Assembly: GCA_025603075.1 (NCBI GenBank)
Contig: MU626397.1
Coordinates: 1-52,863 of the forward strand
Direction: 5' to 3'
Source of the DNA: Neoconidiobolus thromboides FSU 785
Taxonomy: Eukaryota; Fungi; Entomophthoromycota
DNA length: 52,863 nt
The position numbers were made by a program, and so were the translations under genes. Under the pieces are notes generated by a model. The model was not told where the DNA came from. It saw nothing but the letters and a program-made list of their open reading frames with translations, and made no database searches. Shown here one piece after another: positions 38,489 through 52,863 of the stretch. Numbering within the stretch: the stretch's first letter is position 1; each line of letters starts with the position of its first letter.

Positions 38489-39937
38489 ATGAAATTACAT
38501 TTGAATTTATTATTAGTAACTTATACTACAGCTTTTACTCACTTAACTTCATTGAGAGTTAACAATAATATGCTGAAGCAAGTTAATTCTAGATCTTTAG
38601 CTGAAGAAGTTCCAGAAGTCCCAGAGCAGTGGTTTAATCAAACATTAACACATGATGGTGGCAAAGATAGTAAAATATATTGGCAACAAAGATACTTTGT
38701 AAATGATCAATATTATAAGCCGGGGGGACCTGTATTTTTGTTTATAGGCGGAGAAGGAGAATTAGAAGGCTTATGGACTCAGTATTCACTTTTAACTATA
38801 TCTGCAAAGAAGTATCACGGAATCGTTTATGCCTTAGAACATCGATTCTATGGCAAGTCTTATCCTAAACCAGATTTATCAGTTGATAATTTAAAGTATT
38901 TGAGTGCTGACTTAGCTATCAAAGATCTAGTTTATTTTGCCAAAAACATCAAACTTCCTCAATCCAATAGTACGCGCTGTCAAAAAGAGAAAGCAAAATG
39001 GATCATCACTGGTGGAAGTTATCCGGGTAATTTAGCTGCTTGGGCACGTTTAAAGTACCAAGATATATTCTTTGGCGCTATAGCATCCTCTGCACCAGTT
39101 GAAGTTAGAGAAAACTACTATGAATATGATCAAATAGTTCAAAAATCTTTAGCCAAAAATGGAGGCAAAGAATGTTTAATTTATCATATTGAAAACTTTA
39201 ATATTATTAATGAAGTACTGCTTAAAGGAAGTAGTCAAGAAAAGCAAGCTTTAAAGGACAAATTTTCTTGCAGTAAAGTTTCTGACGAGAATTTTGGTAT
39301 TCCATTACTTTTCAACCTTTCTATAATGATTCAATATAATAACAATAAGATACCAGGGAACGTTGGGGATTACTGCAAAGCCCTTAAGTTAAATGGTACT
39401 CGTATTGAAAAGCTTGATGACTTTGCTAAAGCATTTAAAAAAAGTTTAGGAAATAAAACATGTGAGCTTTATACCGACGTAACTTCTCTAAAAGATACTA
39501 AAAAACCATTACCACAGTCCTTTTTCCGTCAATGGATTTACCAAAGTTGCTTTGAGTTTGGCTATTGGTGGACAGCTCCTCCTGAAGGCCAAGATTCTGT
39601 TCGTTCCCGTCTTTTAACGGTACCTTTTTTTAGAAAGTTTGCGTGCAAAGATGTGCTTGGAGATAAAGGGCCACAGATACCTAAACCTGACCAATACAAT
39701 CAAAAGTACCATGGGAAAAATATCAACGTTGATAGGCTTATGTTCGTGAATGGTGATCTTGATCCTTGGATGCCCTTATCAGTAATAAATTCAACCAATA
39801 AACTCATGCCCTCTATTATGATTAAAGGGGCATCTCATGGTACTGATTTAACTATTCCTTTGCCAACAGATTCTAAAGAAGTTATCGAAGCTAAAGAAAA
39901 AGTCTTAGAGTTCGTTGATAGCCTTCTGGTCAAATAA
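38489..39937 (+). CDS. Secreted serine peptidase family S28, paralog 1
   Basis: Signal peptide, FLFIGGEG, ALEHRFYGKS, GGSYPG (Ser), ASSAPV, GDLDPW (Asp), GASHGTDL (His); intronless. Confidence 0.93.
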   Translation: MKLHLNLLLVTYTTAFTHLTSLRVNNNMLKQVNSRSLAEEVPEVPEQWFNQTLTHDGGKDSKIYWQQRYFVNDQYYKPGGPVFLFIGGEGELEGLWTQYSLLTISAKKYHGIVYALEHRFYGKSYPKPDLSVDNLKYLSADLAIKDLVYFAKNIKLPQSNSTRCQKEKAKWIITGGSYPGNLAAWARLKYQDIFFGAIASSAPVEVRENYYEYDQIVQKSLAKNGGKECLIYHIENFNIINEVLLKGSSQEKQALKDKFSCSKVSDENFGIPLLFNLSIMIQYNNNKIPGNVGDYCKALKLNGTRIEKLDDFAKAFKKSLGNKTCELYTDVTSLKDTKKPLPQSFFRQWIYQSCFEFGYWWTAPPEGQDSVRSRLLTVPFFRKFACKDVLGDKGPQIPKPDQYNQKYHGKNINVDRLMFVNGDLDPWMPLSVINSTNKLMPSIMIKGASHGTDLTIPLPTDSKEVIEAKEKVLEFVDSLLVK

Positions 39938-40140
39938 ATTTTATTTTCGATATACTTTTACTTTTATTTTTGGCACTATATAGCTCTTATTTTTAAATTG
40001 TCAATGCTCATGATGTACAAGATAAAAGTAATAAAGTTATTAATAATATGTTGTGTAAAATTTAAAAAATTAATATTCATTAAAAAGGTTGCTTCTATTT
40101 TATTCAATACTGAATAGTACAACTTTCTTCGTTTTAATAT

Positions 40141-40236
40141 GGGGATGATTTTTTTGGCCTCATTACTTTTTCCATTTTTAAGCGCTATTTAAAAGTGGAA
40201 AGATTGTTAGTAAAATTCTTAAAAGAATATATCCTC
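40141..40236 (-). mobile_element. MITE family A copy between the convergent S28 genes
   Basis: ATAT|GGGGATG...ATCCTC|ATAC. Confidence 0.88.
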
Positions 40237-40345
40237 ATACCTTTAAATCAAATTGGTCATGTAAATTTATTTCAATTATTAATAAAACAAAGCCAAACAT
40301 TATAATCTTTATCAGAACTTTAAAATAAAAGAATATTTTAGGTCA

Positions 40346-41785
40346 CTAAGTACTTAGTTTCATCATATCTCTAATAAAACCAAGGATTTTATCCTTTGCT
40401 TCTGCGACATACTGCGTATCACTTGAGTCTGGGTAAGCAAGGTCAGCACAATGAGCGGCCCCTTCGATCACTATAGTGGGTATTTTATCCGTTGGATCAG
40501 TAATGGAAAGTGGTGTCCACGGGTCAAGCTCGCCATTAACGAATAACAACCTATCAGTTTGAATATTTTTGCCAAGGTATTTCCTATTAGTTTCATCAAT
40601 TTTTGGGCTCTTTGGGCCCTCAGGTCCAAAGATTCCACTGCAATAAGCTTCACGGTTAAAATCAACATCTAAGAGGCGGGATCTTGCTGCTGGAAAGTCT
40701 TTTGGTGGAGCAACTTGCCAGTAACCAAATTCATTACAAGACTGATATAGCCATTGTCGGCTAAATTCTTTGGGAGATGGTTGACGAGTGTTGTTGTAAT
40801 ATGAATAATTAGTAAAGGTTGTACATGAGCTGCTCCCAAGAGCATTTTTAAAACTCAAGGCAAAATCATTTAATTTTTCAGTCATTGTCCCATTTAAATA
40901 GAGTGTTTTACAATGCTTAGCAACTTTGAGGTTATTGTTATCATTATCTTGAACAAGGCCAGCAAAGTAGTTCAAGGCGGTTGCAAAATATCTATTATCG
41001 ACGTCAGCACAGGTGAATGACTCTTTCAAAGCATTAATCCTAATTTCATCGCCACTAAATAATATCTCATCGATAGCTTTAAAGTTTTCAAGGTAATAAT
41101 TTAGACACTCTTGTCCACCATTTTCACCCAGCGATCTTTGAACTTGCAAATCATATTCATAAAAATTTTCTTTTGCTTCAACTGGTGCAGATGAAGCAAT
41201 AGCAGCATGAAAAATATCTGAGTGTTTCTTGCGTGCCCAGGCAGAAAGATTTCCAGGATAACTTCCACCATAAAGTATCCACTTTGTAGTAATATCATTA
41301 GTCGTGGTATTTGATTGGGGTAATTGAATATTTTTAGCAAAGTAAGCTAAGTCATCAATAGCTAAATCTGAAGTAAGGTACTTTAAGCTATCAAGGGTTA
41401 AGTCAGATTTTGGATAGGATTTTCCATAAAATCGATGCTCTAGGGCATATACTACACCTTTGTGCTCTTCAGCAGCTTTAGATAAAAGCGAATTTTGAGC
41501 CCAGCTCCCAGATAACTCACTTTCACCACCTATAAAAAGAAAAGCAGGCCCGCCTGGTTGATAAAATTGGTCATTTATAAAATATCTTTGTTGCCAGGTT
41601 ATATTGCTATCCGGGGTATCATCATGGGTTAAAATTTGATCAAACCAATATTCAGTTGTTTCTTCACCACTTCGAAATATTCTAAATTTGTTCAACATTT
41701 CATCGTTTACCTTCAAGGAGCCGTAGTATGGCTCAGCCATTACGGAAACTAACATTATGGAGATTTGAAATATTTTGAAATTCAT
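40346..41785 (-). CDS. Secreted serine peptidase family S28, paralog 2
   Basis: Signal peptide, FLFIGGES, ALEHRFYGKS, GGSYPG, GELDPW, GAAHCADL; intronless. Confidence 0.93.
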   Translation of the reverse strand: MNFKIFQISIMLVSVMAEPYYGSLKVNDEMLNKFRIFRSGEETTEYWFDQILTHDDTPDSNITWQQRYFINDQFYQPGGPAFLFIGGESELSGSWAQNSLLSKAAEEHKGVVYALEHRFYGKSYPKSDLTLDSLKYLTSDLAIDDLAYFAKNIQLPQSNTTTNDITTKWILYGGSYPGNLSAWARKKHSDIFHAAIASSAPVEAKENFYEYDLQVQRSLGENGGQECLNYYLENFKAIDEILFSGDEIRINALKESFTCADVDNRYFATALNYFAGLVQDNDNNNLKVAKHCKTLYLNGTMTEKLNDFALSFKNALGSSSCTTFTNYSYYNNTRQPSPKEFSRQWLYQSCNEFGYWQVAPPKDFPAARSRLLDVDFNREAYCSGIFGPEGPKSPKIDETNRKYLGKNIQTDRLLFVNGELDPWTPLSITDPTDKIPTIVIEGAAHCADLAYPDSSDTQYVAEAKDKILGFIRDMMKLST

Positions 41786-43025
41786 TTCAATTGTAAACTT
41801 AATTTCAAATGTCCACCTTATATACTTTTCTCACTGAATTATAAATAACTATCAACTTCCATTTTAGATTATTATAACAATATAGATTTTTTTAATTTAT
41901 TAAAGCCAAGTGGAATTTTAGTGCAATACAATAAAATACATTTAAACCAAATAATTTTAAAAAGAACGAATCCCTATTGGTTTTTCTAAGAGATGGGTTC
42001 TTTTAAATTTTATTATCACTTTGTTTTATTTTAGTCATACAATTTTTTGTATAAATTTAGTAATTTAAGTTTTAGAATACTAAAACGAACCAAATGTTAT
42101 AATCTTAATAAATCTAAAGTAGATATCAAAAAGACATAATTATACTAAAATGAGCCCTTTTATTTATATGCAAATTTTAAAATATGTCAGATTTATTATT
42201 ATTTTATTACAAACCGCTAGTTAACAGCGCTTTAGACCTAAAAATTAAAGAACGTTGACGAGTAACCCACTACTTACAAAGGATAGAATTTCAAAACAAA
42301 GTAATCTTTTCATATGGATTATACTGATAGTTTAGAAGAAAAATAATGCAAATATCCATGGTAAACTATTAGCATAAAAGCGCTATTTCAAATATTTAAA
42401 CACTGAACTACAAGAACAAAGTTCACAAAGAAAAGAATACTTATAGATAAACTAAAAGAATTGAGTACACTAATAATTAGATATTTATTATATAATTGAT
42501 TAACTTCATACTTAAGCATCTAAAAATAGCCATCAATTAAAAGCTTATTAAGGCAAAATAAAGGTCAGATATTAAAATTTTTACTTTAAATTGTAATTTT
42601 CATATAATATTTACTTTTTTCAATATGTACATAAAAGTACTTATTCTAATTTATAATGTTGTCCATCTATTATATAGCCGAAATTTATATAAACATTTAT
42701 CAACCATTAAAACAAAATTTCAGAGTAGTTAAAAGCCATGATTATCTTCAGATTGCTGTATCTTATCGATTGATATTATTATTTGAAAGTATTAAAATTT
42801 TACCTAATATGTTTGTTACTGAGCTATAATAAACTCTAAGTATCTAATTTGCTTTAAAAAAATAAAACAAGTTCTTTTAGATAAAATACAAAATATTCAA
42901 ATGCCTTCAATGTTTACTATTGGAGTTAGTTAAGTGGATGAACATTAACTTTGAAAAACTTTTACTTTGTATTTTCAATGGCCTAAATACACCTTCTTTA
43001 AAAAAGTGTAGCTCAAATACAATAT

Positions 43026-43212
43026 AGATGCATTTTTTAAAATTTTTATTAATATTATTCTATTCAAATAGTGCCTAAAAATGAAAAGAGATGGGAATGT
43101 TTTTTTTGATTTCATTATTTTTCTATTTTTTAAGTATTATTTGAACGTAAAAATTATTAGTAAAATTCTTAAATACAAAAATACATCCCCAGATGAAGTT
43201 AAAAACATCCTC
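43026..43212 (+). mobile_element. Older MITE family A copy interrupted by a nested copy
   Basis: ATAT|agatgcatttttt...caaatagtgcctaaaaatgaaaag-[insert]-atgaagttaaaaacatcctc|ATAT. Confidence 0.75.
43093..43190 (-). mobile_element. MITE family A copy nested in another copy
   Basis: AGAT|GGGAATG...CATCCCC|AGAT. Confidence 0.9.
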
Positions 43213-43426
43213 ATATCAAAGTAAAGATTAATTATAAAATAAAAATTAGCTAAATAATAAAAATAACAACCTCAATATGGAACAAATTATAACTTCAGCC
43301 TAAAACAGGAGGCTGCCGATACTTCAAATAGTATGAATAGCAATGTATACCATAATTAAATATTACTAAACAACTAAAAATAGCTAAACTTTATGAGTTT
43401 GAAAAAATGACACAAAATCAATATAC

Positions 43427-43525
43427 GAGAGTGTTTTTTCTAACTTCATTATTTTTTCCATTTTTTAAGCGCTATTTAAGCGTAAAATTTGCTAGTAAGA
43501 TTCTTAAACACAAAAATACGTCGCC
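43427..43525 (-). mobile_element. MITE family A copy
   Basis: ATAC|GAGAGTG...GTCGCC|ATAC. Confidence 0.9.
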
Positions 43526-43886
43526 ATACAGTAATTAGTTGACAAGTCATAGAAAAAGGATATTAAGACTTCTATTATATTAAACAGATTTCATCCTTCA
43601 ATAATAAAAGGTATCTGGAAGTTTCAGGGGATCAAATACATGAAGTAACTTAAAGTATAAATAAATTATAAATCGAGGCTATCTACTGTATTATATCTAG
43701 TTGGTGGTAATATAATAATTTTAAATATAGAGCTCAATTTCCAAACTCTTGTTATTAAATTATATTTAAATGATAATATAATAAGATTTCCATGACTAAA
43801 AGGAAAACCAATATCCATTCTGAGGTGCATATAATGTTATACTTTATTAAAATTTTATTTATCAAATACTAGCTCTACTAAATATA

Positions 43887-44795
43887 TTATCTTCTTGCAG
43901 GAATTGGGTTAGGTTTTAATTTTCCATTCATAACTTTTTGAATCCAACCATAATATCTTGCTACGCGAGTATAAACCTAAAAAATAATTAATATGTTAAA
44001 ATATAGAATGTAATAATATTACTGCGGGCGTATTTGGCTCAGCACATGCGATACCATTGGAGGTAATCCCAATTAATAATGGTTTGTCATTGACATAACT
44101 AAATAATGGACCTCCAGAGTCACCTCTACAAGTATCTTTACCACCTTGTTTAAAACCAGCACATATTTGAGTTTTAACAACAGTGTAATTTAGCTTTTGT
44201 TTATAAACCCCAACACAGTTATTTCTGCTAGCTAATGGTAACCATACTTCTTGTAATTCATCAGTGTTAGCACCAAGTGGTTTGGTGGCACCCCAGCCTA
44301 AAGCAGTAACTCTCATCCCTTCTCTATGATATAATTGGTCATCTATACGAACATTATTACGTCTTTTGCTTTTATTATCGAATTGCATGATAGCAACTAA
44401 AAAACATTATAAATAAAAATAAAAATAACAATTAAAGTAATATTACTATCATTGTATAAAGCATCCCTATCAAAATCAGTTGGTACCCAACGTTTGAGAA
44501 CTTTGTAAGCTTTTCCATTCTCTTCTTCAATACTTTTAGCTAAATTGTGACGATGTAATTGAACTTCAAAAGTATCTAAAGGAGCAATTAATCCACCTGC
44601 ACAATGAGCAGCGGTAATGATCATATCATCTCTTATTAATGTAGCACCACAAAAATATTCGCCATAACGGAAGATGGTAGCCATCCAAGGATATTTAAAT
44701 TCGGGTTCAACGGGGAAGCCATTTATAATTCTACTATCTTGGGCTAAAACGATAGCAGAGAAAAAAAATAAAGGATTGATTATATTAGTTAGCAT
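43887..44795 (-). CDS. Secreted trypsin-like serine protease (S1A), 3 exons
   Basis: Signal peptide, SR-IING activation site, TAAHC, D|IAIM across intron 44446-44397, KDTCRGDSGGP (S1 Asp), last exon VYTRVARYYGWIQ. Confidence 0.93.
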
Positions 44796-46141
44796 ATTAG
44801 TTTTTATAATAAATTTGAAGTTGTGGTTGAAGGGCTTTCGTTTATTATATACTATTTTTAGTTCGAAATTGTTCATAGACCCGATTTTTTTATGATCGAA
44901 GATAAGCCAATTATTTATCTTATCATTCATGAACTTAATTTTTAGGGTAATCATAAGAACTGTTCTTTAAAAACGATATTATTTATTACAAAAAAGACAA
45001 TACTAATTTATTGATAGCAATTTTAATAAGGATATTATTATAAATAAAAGGAGCTATCGTTTATATAATTATCTAGTTAGATATAAAAAATTTCTAATAA
45101 TAAATTATAATAAATTTAGTATCAGTATTATAATAGTCATTACTATGATCAATAGTATAAATTAATTGCTAAACTATATCTAAATGATAAAATTTAAAAT
45201 TTTGTAGTTTAATAGAATAAAACAATAATCAGTAGGTATTCTACTTACTTTTTACTTTATTTTTAAAATTGCTTTTGATTTGCTTTTGTTTGCTTCTTAC
45301 ATAACAGATCATGTCATTTATTCGTTTAATTAAATTAAATCATTAGTTATTATTTAGTGTTTATCCTTATTATATATAAAATTGAGTTTGAATTAAGCAA
45401 ACTACGTTTTTTTAGCCTTTGCTATGTTATATTAGTTATAATTTTCCAAATACTCACAGTAACTAAAACACTGTGTAGTTATAAAAAGTTTAGTTTTGAA
45501 AAGTGGTTTAAATGTCTTAATTTAAAAAGACATTTCCAATGATTGGTGTTTAAATATGATTTTTTAAGTCTAATAACCCTTGTATTCTTATGACAAAATG
45601 AATTATAACTCCAACAAGATTCAAAAAAGGGTATATGAGTTTCACCTCACTTTTTGAGTTCTGTTATACTGTGCCTTGTAGTATAAATATAACTAGCTAT
45701 AATGTCTATTACAAGTATCATATTAGATAAATTAGAGCTATAGTAACAGGTTTATAAGTAAAAAAAGTTATCTTTTAAGTATTATAATACAATAGCTATT
45801 TTATAAAAAAAACCTTTAAAAGATATAAAATTGATAAAATTATGCTCTTATAATAATCCGAAAATTTAGGTAATTTACCAAACAAAGTAAACATGGTGAT
45901 TTTTTTATTAAGTTCTAGCAAAAATTGCTTATCAAAAAAGTTAAGCTAATGGCATGTAATTCAATATACAACAATTAACACCATTCAAAAATAAGGATGT
46001 TAAAAAAGTAAGCTAATAATACATATACTAATATATAGTAACAGCAATATGCAAAAATTAGTAAGTGTTATAAATAAAATAGTTAGCAATTGAAGAGTCA
46101 AAAAGGTATATAAAAAAGGGTAATAAGAATACACTAAAAAA

Positions 46142-48364
<2,223 letters not shown>

Positions 48365-49677
48365 TTTCGTTATGTTGTGTCCAGTTTAAATATAAAGATT
48401 ATATAAATTATAAACTCTCTTTTTAAAAAAAATGGCAAAAATAATAAAAGTTTGGCTTTTTCTGTTGCTAACTTTTATTCATTTCTAATTTAACTGAAAT
48501 TTAAACCTAAAATTCATTTTAATTAATTGGGTAGGTATGTAGATTTAATCTTTTCTAGAAAATTACCAGGCATAATTTTAAAAATACTTAAAACCAAGCA
48601 TTTTGCCTTTAAAATAAAAAAAATTAATTTCCTTAATTTTGTCAAATCAAATTTTTCTAAACTGTATATCTTGCATTTTATTGGTCAAGCTTTTAGTAAA
48701 TGTCTTATTTTCAATAAATTTATTATATCAGATAAACTATCTACTCATCAGATAAAATATAAAACAAAATAATAATAACAACAATAAAATTATGATTCAA
48801 CTATTAATTTATTATTTACAACTTCATTTACTTTATATTTATAAATTGACTTCGGCTAGTCAGCAAATTAGTTGATTGATGAGACTGAATTCTGAAAGCC
48901 TAAAGATTTTAGCTAACAAACACTAACTTAAAGATACTTAAAAGCAAATAAAACAAACTATAATAACATATATATTTTTATTAATAAAATAAAAACGATA
49001 TTTATAGTTTTTTCATTGTAGTTTTTTTTACTTTATAAACTGGATGATTTTATTTTAAAAAAAATAGTGGATGAAATGGCTTTAAGATTACTGAAAAAGA
49101 AAAATGTAGCAATATTTTTAATAAGTCAAAAAATAAACTTAGACTAAACTAATAATAATATTTTGAAATATCATATAAAACATTAACATTAAAACACATA
49201 AATAAGAAAAATTCAATTACAAGGGATAAAATATTGGAGATCTAGTAGATATAACATTACCTTGATTCATACTATAACAATAGAACCATAATAAATTATA
49301 TCTCAGGTCTTTCTTTAACCCTTTCAGTTATATTGTCAGCTCAGGATATATTTAACTCAGTATCAATAAAAATGTCCAGTAGTTTATTTTTTAGTTGAAA
49401 GAAAAAAGTGACAAAGTTAAAAACTGAAGACCAGTAACCAAATTAATACTAAAGCCAATTAATAAACATAATCAATCATCTTTTCATTAGCTTAACATGC
49501 TGATTCAGCTTACCATTTATATCTAAAAAACAAAATTTTATTAGGTTGTCTATGAAAGTCAATAAAAGATTATCAAAGGGCTAAAATAATGTTAATTCCG
49601 TAAAGCTAGATGTATTTATTTTGTAAAAAAACAATCTCACTAGAAGCAGCCTCCTTTATCTTGGCTTTTTAAAAAAT

Positions 49678-49775
49678 GGGGATGTGTTTTTGTGTTTAAG
49701 AATCTACTAACAAATTTTCCGCTTAAATAACGCTTAAAAAGTGGAAAAAATAATGAAGTCAAAAAAAATACTCCC
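49678..49775 (+). mobile_element. MITE family A copy
   Basis: AAAT|GGGGATG...ACTCCC|AAAT. Confidence 0.92.
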
Positions 49776-50021
49776 AAATAGTTGTGGTTATTCTGATTAT
49801 GTCCTTTTAAAGCATAATTGTATCAATTTTATTGATTTCATAAAAACCAAAAAACAATAATAGAGATAATTATTATATCTTCAAAACCAACTATTAATAC
49901 TATTACTTAATAAAAAATAATAAAACAATTTAAAAACAAAAATGTTATATCAAGTTTCTAATCAAAATAGAGGAAACAACTTAACTCATTAATTTGTAAT
50001 TTTTTAGATTTAATAAAATAT

Positions 50022-50120
50022 GGGAGTGTTTTTTTTGACTTCATTATTTTTTCCATTTTTTAAGCGCTATTTGAGTGGAAAATTTGTTGGTAAAATTCTT
50101 AAATACAAAAATACATCCCC
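50022..50120 (-). mobile_element. MITE family A copy (near consensus)
   Basis: ATAT|GGGAGTG...CATCCCC|ATAT. Confidence 0.93.
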
Positions 50121-50749
50121 ATATACATAATTCCAAATTCAAATATCTACTATTTAATTTTAATGTAACATTTCAAATAATTAATAGACATTGTATTAAG
50201 CCATAACTTGTTTTGATTGAAACACCTAAAAAATACCACCCCAAAGAGTGAAAGTACATACAATACTACTTGAAAATCATCCTTGAAGTGGATTGGAGAT
50301 TGATGTTATAATAGCTTATAAAATCATAAAAATAAATAAAGCTCAAGTGCTGAGCTAACTTTCATTGAGCTGTTAGGTAGCTATTATTTAAATGACATTT
50401 CCATTTAAATAATCAAGTTTTTGAACTAAAGTGAAAATATTGTTAGGTTTAATCAGTATTAAAATTAATGATAATACACAGTTGAAACAATTATATATTT
50501 AAAAAATCAAATCAAAATTTAAAACTAGCGAATAAGTCTATATTCGAGAAAACTGACTTTTCAAATGAAAAATTAGAAGCTGTAACATTAAGGAAAATTT
50601 TAAGAGGAGTGTATTTTCTGATAAAAAAATTCCTGCTTTTTCTATTTTTTTCTACTTTTTCAGAAGGAATCGGACATTTATTTTTTTTAATAATTATATA
50701 TATTGGCAAGTTCAAAAGTTTAGTTAAAATTAGAGCTAATATTATATAT

Positions 50750-50816
50750 TTTTTGTCCATTTTCTATGGAGTGTAAAATTTTTGAAATTTTTTTAGATAA
50801 ATACTAAACATTCCCC
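50750..50816 (-). mobile_element. MITE family A, degenerate end fragment
   Basis: ...aaatactaaacattcccc|ATAT with weak upstream similarity. Confidence 0.4.
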
Positions 50817-51585
50817 ATATGAATAATTTTAATTAAGCAAAAAAGCAGCAGCTAATTTCATAGCATCTTGTCCTTAATTCCCAATTTTTGCTAAAAATCT
50901 AATTGACTAAAAGTTGAACTTTTAAACAATCCATATGAAATAATAAATTGCATTTTTATTCACATACATTTGGTAAAAGATTTTGCACAAATCCAGATAC
51001 TGATATTTAGGCCTTTAAAAAGCAGACTCTCCAAAAACAAATATTATTAATAGTTGTATTAAATGAATCAGAATAGATGTTTATTTGATGAAAAAACAGA
51101 AAGTCATATTTAATTAGTTGAATTTCAACTAAAATGATAAAATTTGTTTAAGAAGCCTAATAATCAAGGCATAATTAACTCAAAATCTATAATAATAGAA
51201 TTAGAGAAAAAATCAAAGTATACCCAACTTATAATAGTTAATTTAATCAAAATATTAGCTATACTTACTATTTATATAATTAAATTTTAATTTTAATTTT
51301 AATTTAGAGTTGTTAAGTAATTTGCTTATTAATATAATAAAGTATAAAGTGTGAAATCTGGTGCTCAGTGATTGGAGTCAAAGGTAGCTATTGCCTGGTT
51401 GACTATGCTGTAAGTTGAAAAGTCTTAGTTTGTGTGACTAAAATAGACTTGAATTATGAATGATAACGTGTAATAGGCTACAGACTATATAAGACAAATA
51501 GAATAGACGATAATAATGTAAAATCTATATAAAATACTATTAAGAAAACTTAGTGGCTTTATCAAATGTACAAGATATCAAGGAA

Positions 51586-51815
51586 TAACTCAGTTAAAAA
51601 GCCTCGAGTTGCTATGTTCTAAAATATCCTTTATACTTCGACAAGTACAAATATTAAAGTGAGAAGATATTATCCTTTGGAATGGAATTAGAAATTCTTA
51701 TAGCAAACCAAAGTAAGAGCATGGGATTGATTGTCTTCGAGCTTGAAAACACAACAGCTTAAGTGATTATTATGATATAATTAATCATGAAGCTGAAAAG
51801 CGATATTTCGCAAAA
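51586..51815 (+). repeat. Left arm of a diverged inverted repeat
   Basis: Aligns without major gaps to the reverse complement of 52633-52863 (e.g. CAGTTAAAAAGCCTCGA, GAGAAGATA, AGAAATTCT, GGGATTGATT, AACACAACAGCTTA); about 75-80% identity by eye. Confidence 0.85.
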
Positions 51816-52492
51816 AAAAGAGTATTAAAGAATATAAACAAATTACTTTAACATTATATAACCTAAAAAATTAAAACCTTTTGAAGATGAAAAGTATTTA
51901 CATTATATTGAATTGGCTATCATAGACTAATATGTTCTTATATAATTTGGTGGTTTATGGAATAAACATTATTGTCTAATTATGGCTTTATTAACAGGTA
52001 CTTTTGCAAAAAATTGACTAATTTGGGTTGATGATAAAAGCAAAAAAAGTATACTAAAAAGCAGTTGTAAAAATTTAAGCTTTTAATACAATACGCTTTG
52101 AGTTTTCAATTACAACCAAAGCCTTCTGTAGCTAATATTATAAGTATATTATAATATTATATCATAAGCATAGATAGTATCGGTAAAAATAATAATGTTA
52201 GAATACCAAATAAACATTTGAATAATAGCTATATAATAACACTAAATGTAAATATAAACATTAAGTTGTCTAATATACATTTTTATTTTATTTTAATATT
52301 TAAATTATATTTTTTAAATAAAAGCGATTTACAGCTGCTGGAATTTTAACTTAATTTGTAATAACTCATAATTGATTATTTAATTTTTATATTTTATTAT
52401 AATTTAATCAATTTTTATATTTTTAGATAATTTTAGCAAAATTTGTTTTTTAAAAAATTAATTAAATTATAATAAAATTCCACCAACTATAC

Positions 52493-52588
52493 GGGGATGT
52501 TTTTTTGGTTTCATTACTTTTCTATTTTTCAAGTACTATTTGAGTGAAAAGATTATTGGTGAAATTCTTAAACAAAAAAGATATCCCC
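52493..52588 (-). mobile_element. MITE family A copy
   Basis: ATAC|GGGGATG...ATCCCC|ATAT. Confidence 0.88.
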
Positions 52589-52632
52589 ATATACTTTTTA
52601 ATAAAATATAAAAAAAAATATAAAAAATAAAG

Positions 52633-52863
52633 TTTTGTGAAATATCGCTTTGTCAGTCCCATGGTTAATTATAACATAACAATCGCCTAAGCTGTTGTGT
52701 TCTCGAGCTCAGAGAAAATCAATCCCACATTCTTAGTTTGATTTGTTATGAGAATTTCTAGCTCCATCCAAAAGAATATTATCTTCTCATTTTGATATTT
52801 ATACTTTTCAGAGTATAAAAGAGTTTACAGAGTATAATAGTTCGAGGCTTTTTAACTGAATTA
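52633..52863 (-). repeat. Right arm of the diverged inverted repeat, truncated by the window end
   Basis: Reverse complement of 51586-51815. Confidence 0.85.

Noticed and set aside
42200-42500. Broken plus-strand frame resembling decayed coding sequence
   Set aside because: No identifiable domain; several stops
43300-43325. AGGAGGCTGC shared with 49645 (minus) as a third repeat family
   Set aside because: Only ~10 bp identity and no alignable flanks

Overview
AT-rich eukaryotic DNA with many ~50-60 nt GT-AG introns, most consistent with an early-diverging fungus (inference: Zoopagomycota/Entomophthorales such as Conidiobolus, from the secreted trypsin, S28, tyrosinase and class-A-like GPCR content). 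The left part (1.5-21 kb) is a compact housekeeping block: EXO5, NDK1, RVB2, RIP1, mitochondrial ACP, a small CHORD-like gene, NSL1/Mis14-like, RPN8, RPS0, ARD1 and PIN4-like. The ORF track misses two genes here: ARD1 (six short exons) and the nuclear RNase P RNA. The right part (21-53 kb) is gene-sparse: two inverted GPCR paralogs, a decayed S41-peptidase-like copy (its paralog is at 13.7-16 kb), GSH1, two convergent S28 peptidases, a trypsin and a KDM4-type demethylase. The most notable structure is a ~98 bp MITE family with at least 20 full-length copies. Nested, tandem and reciprocal filled/empty sites define a 4-bp TSD (ATAT, AAAT, AGAT, ATAC) and GRG..CYC-type ends (Sola-like), and the copies show strong CpG decay. 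No autonomous transposase, CRISPR array, tRNA or rRNA was recognised. All coordinates and alignments were read by eye.
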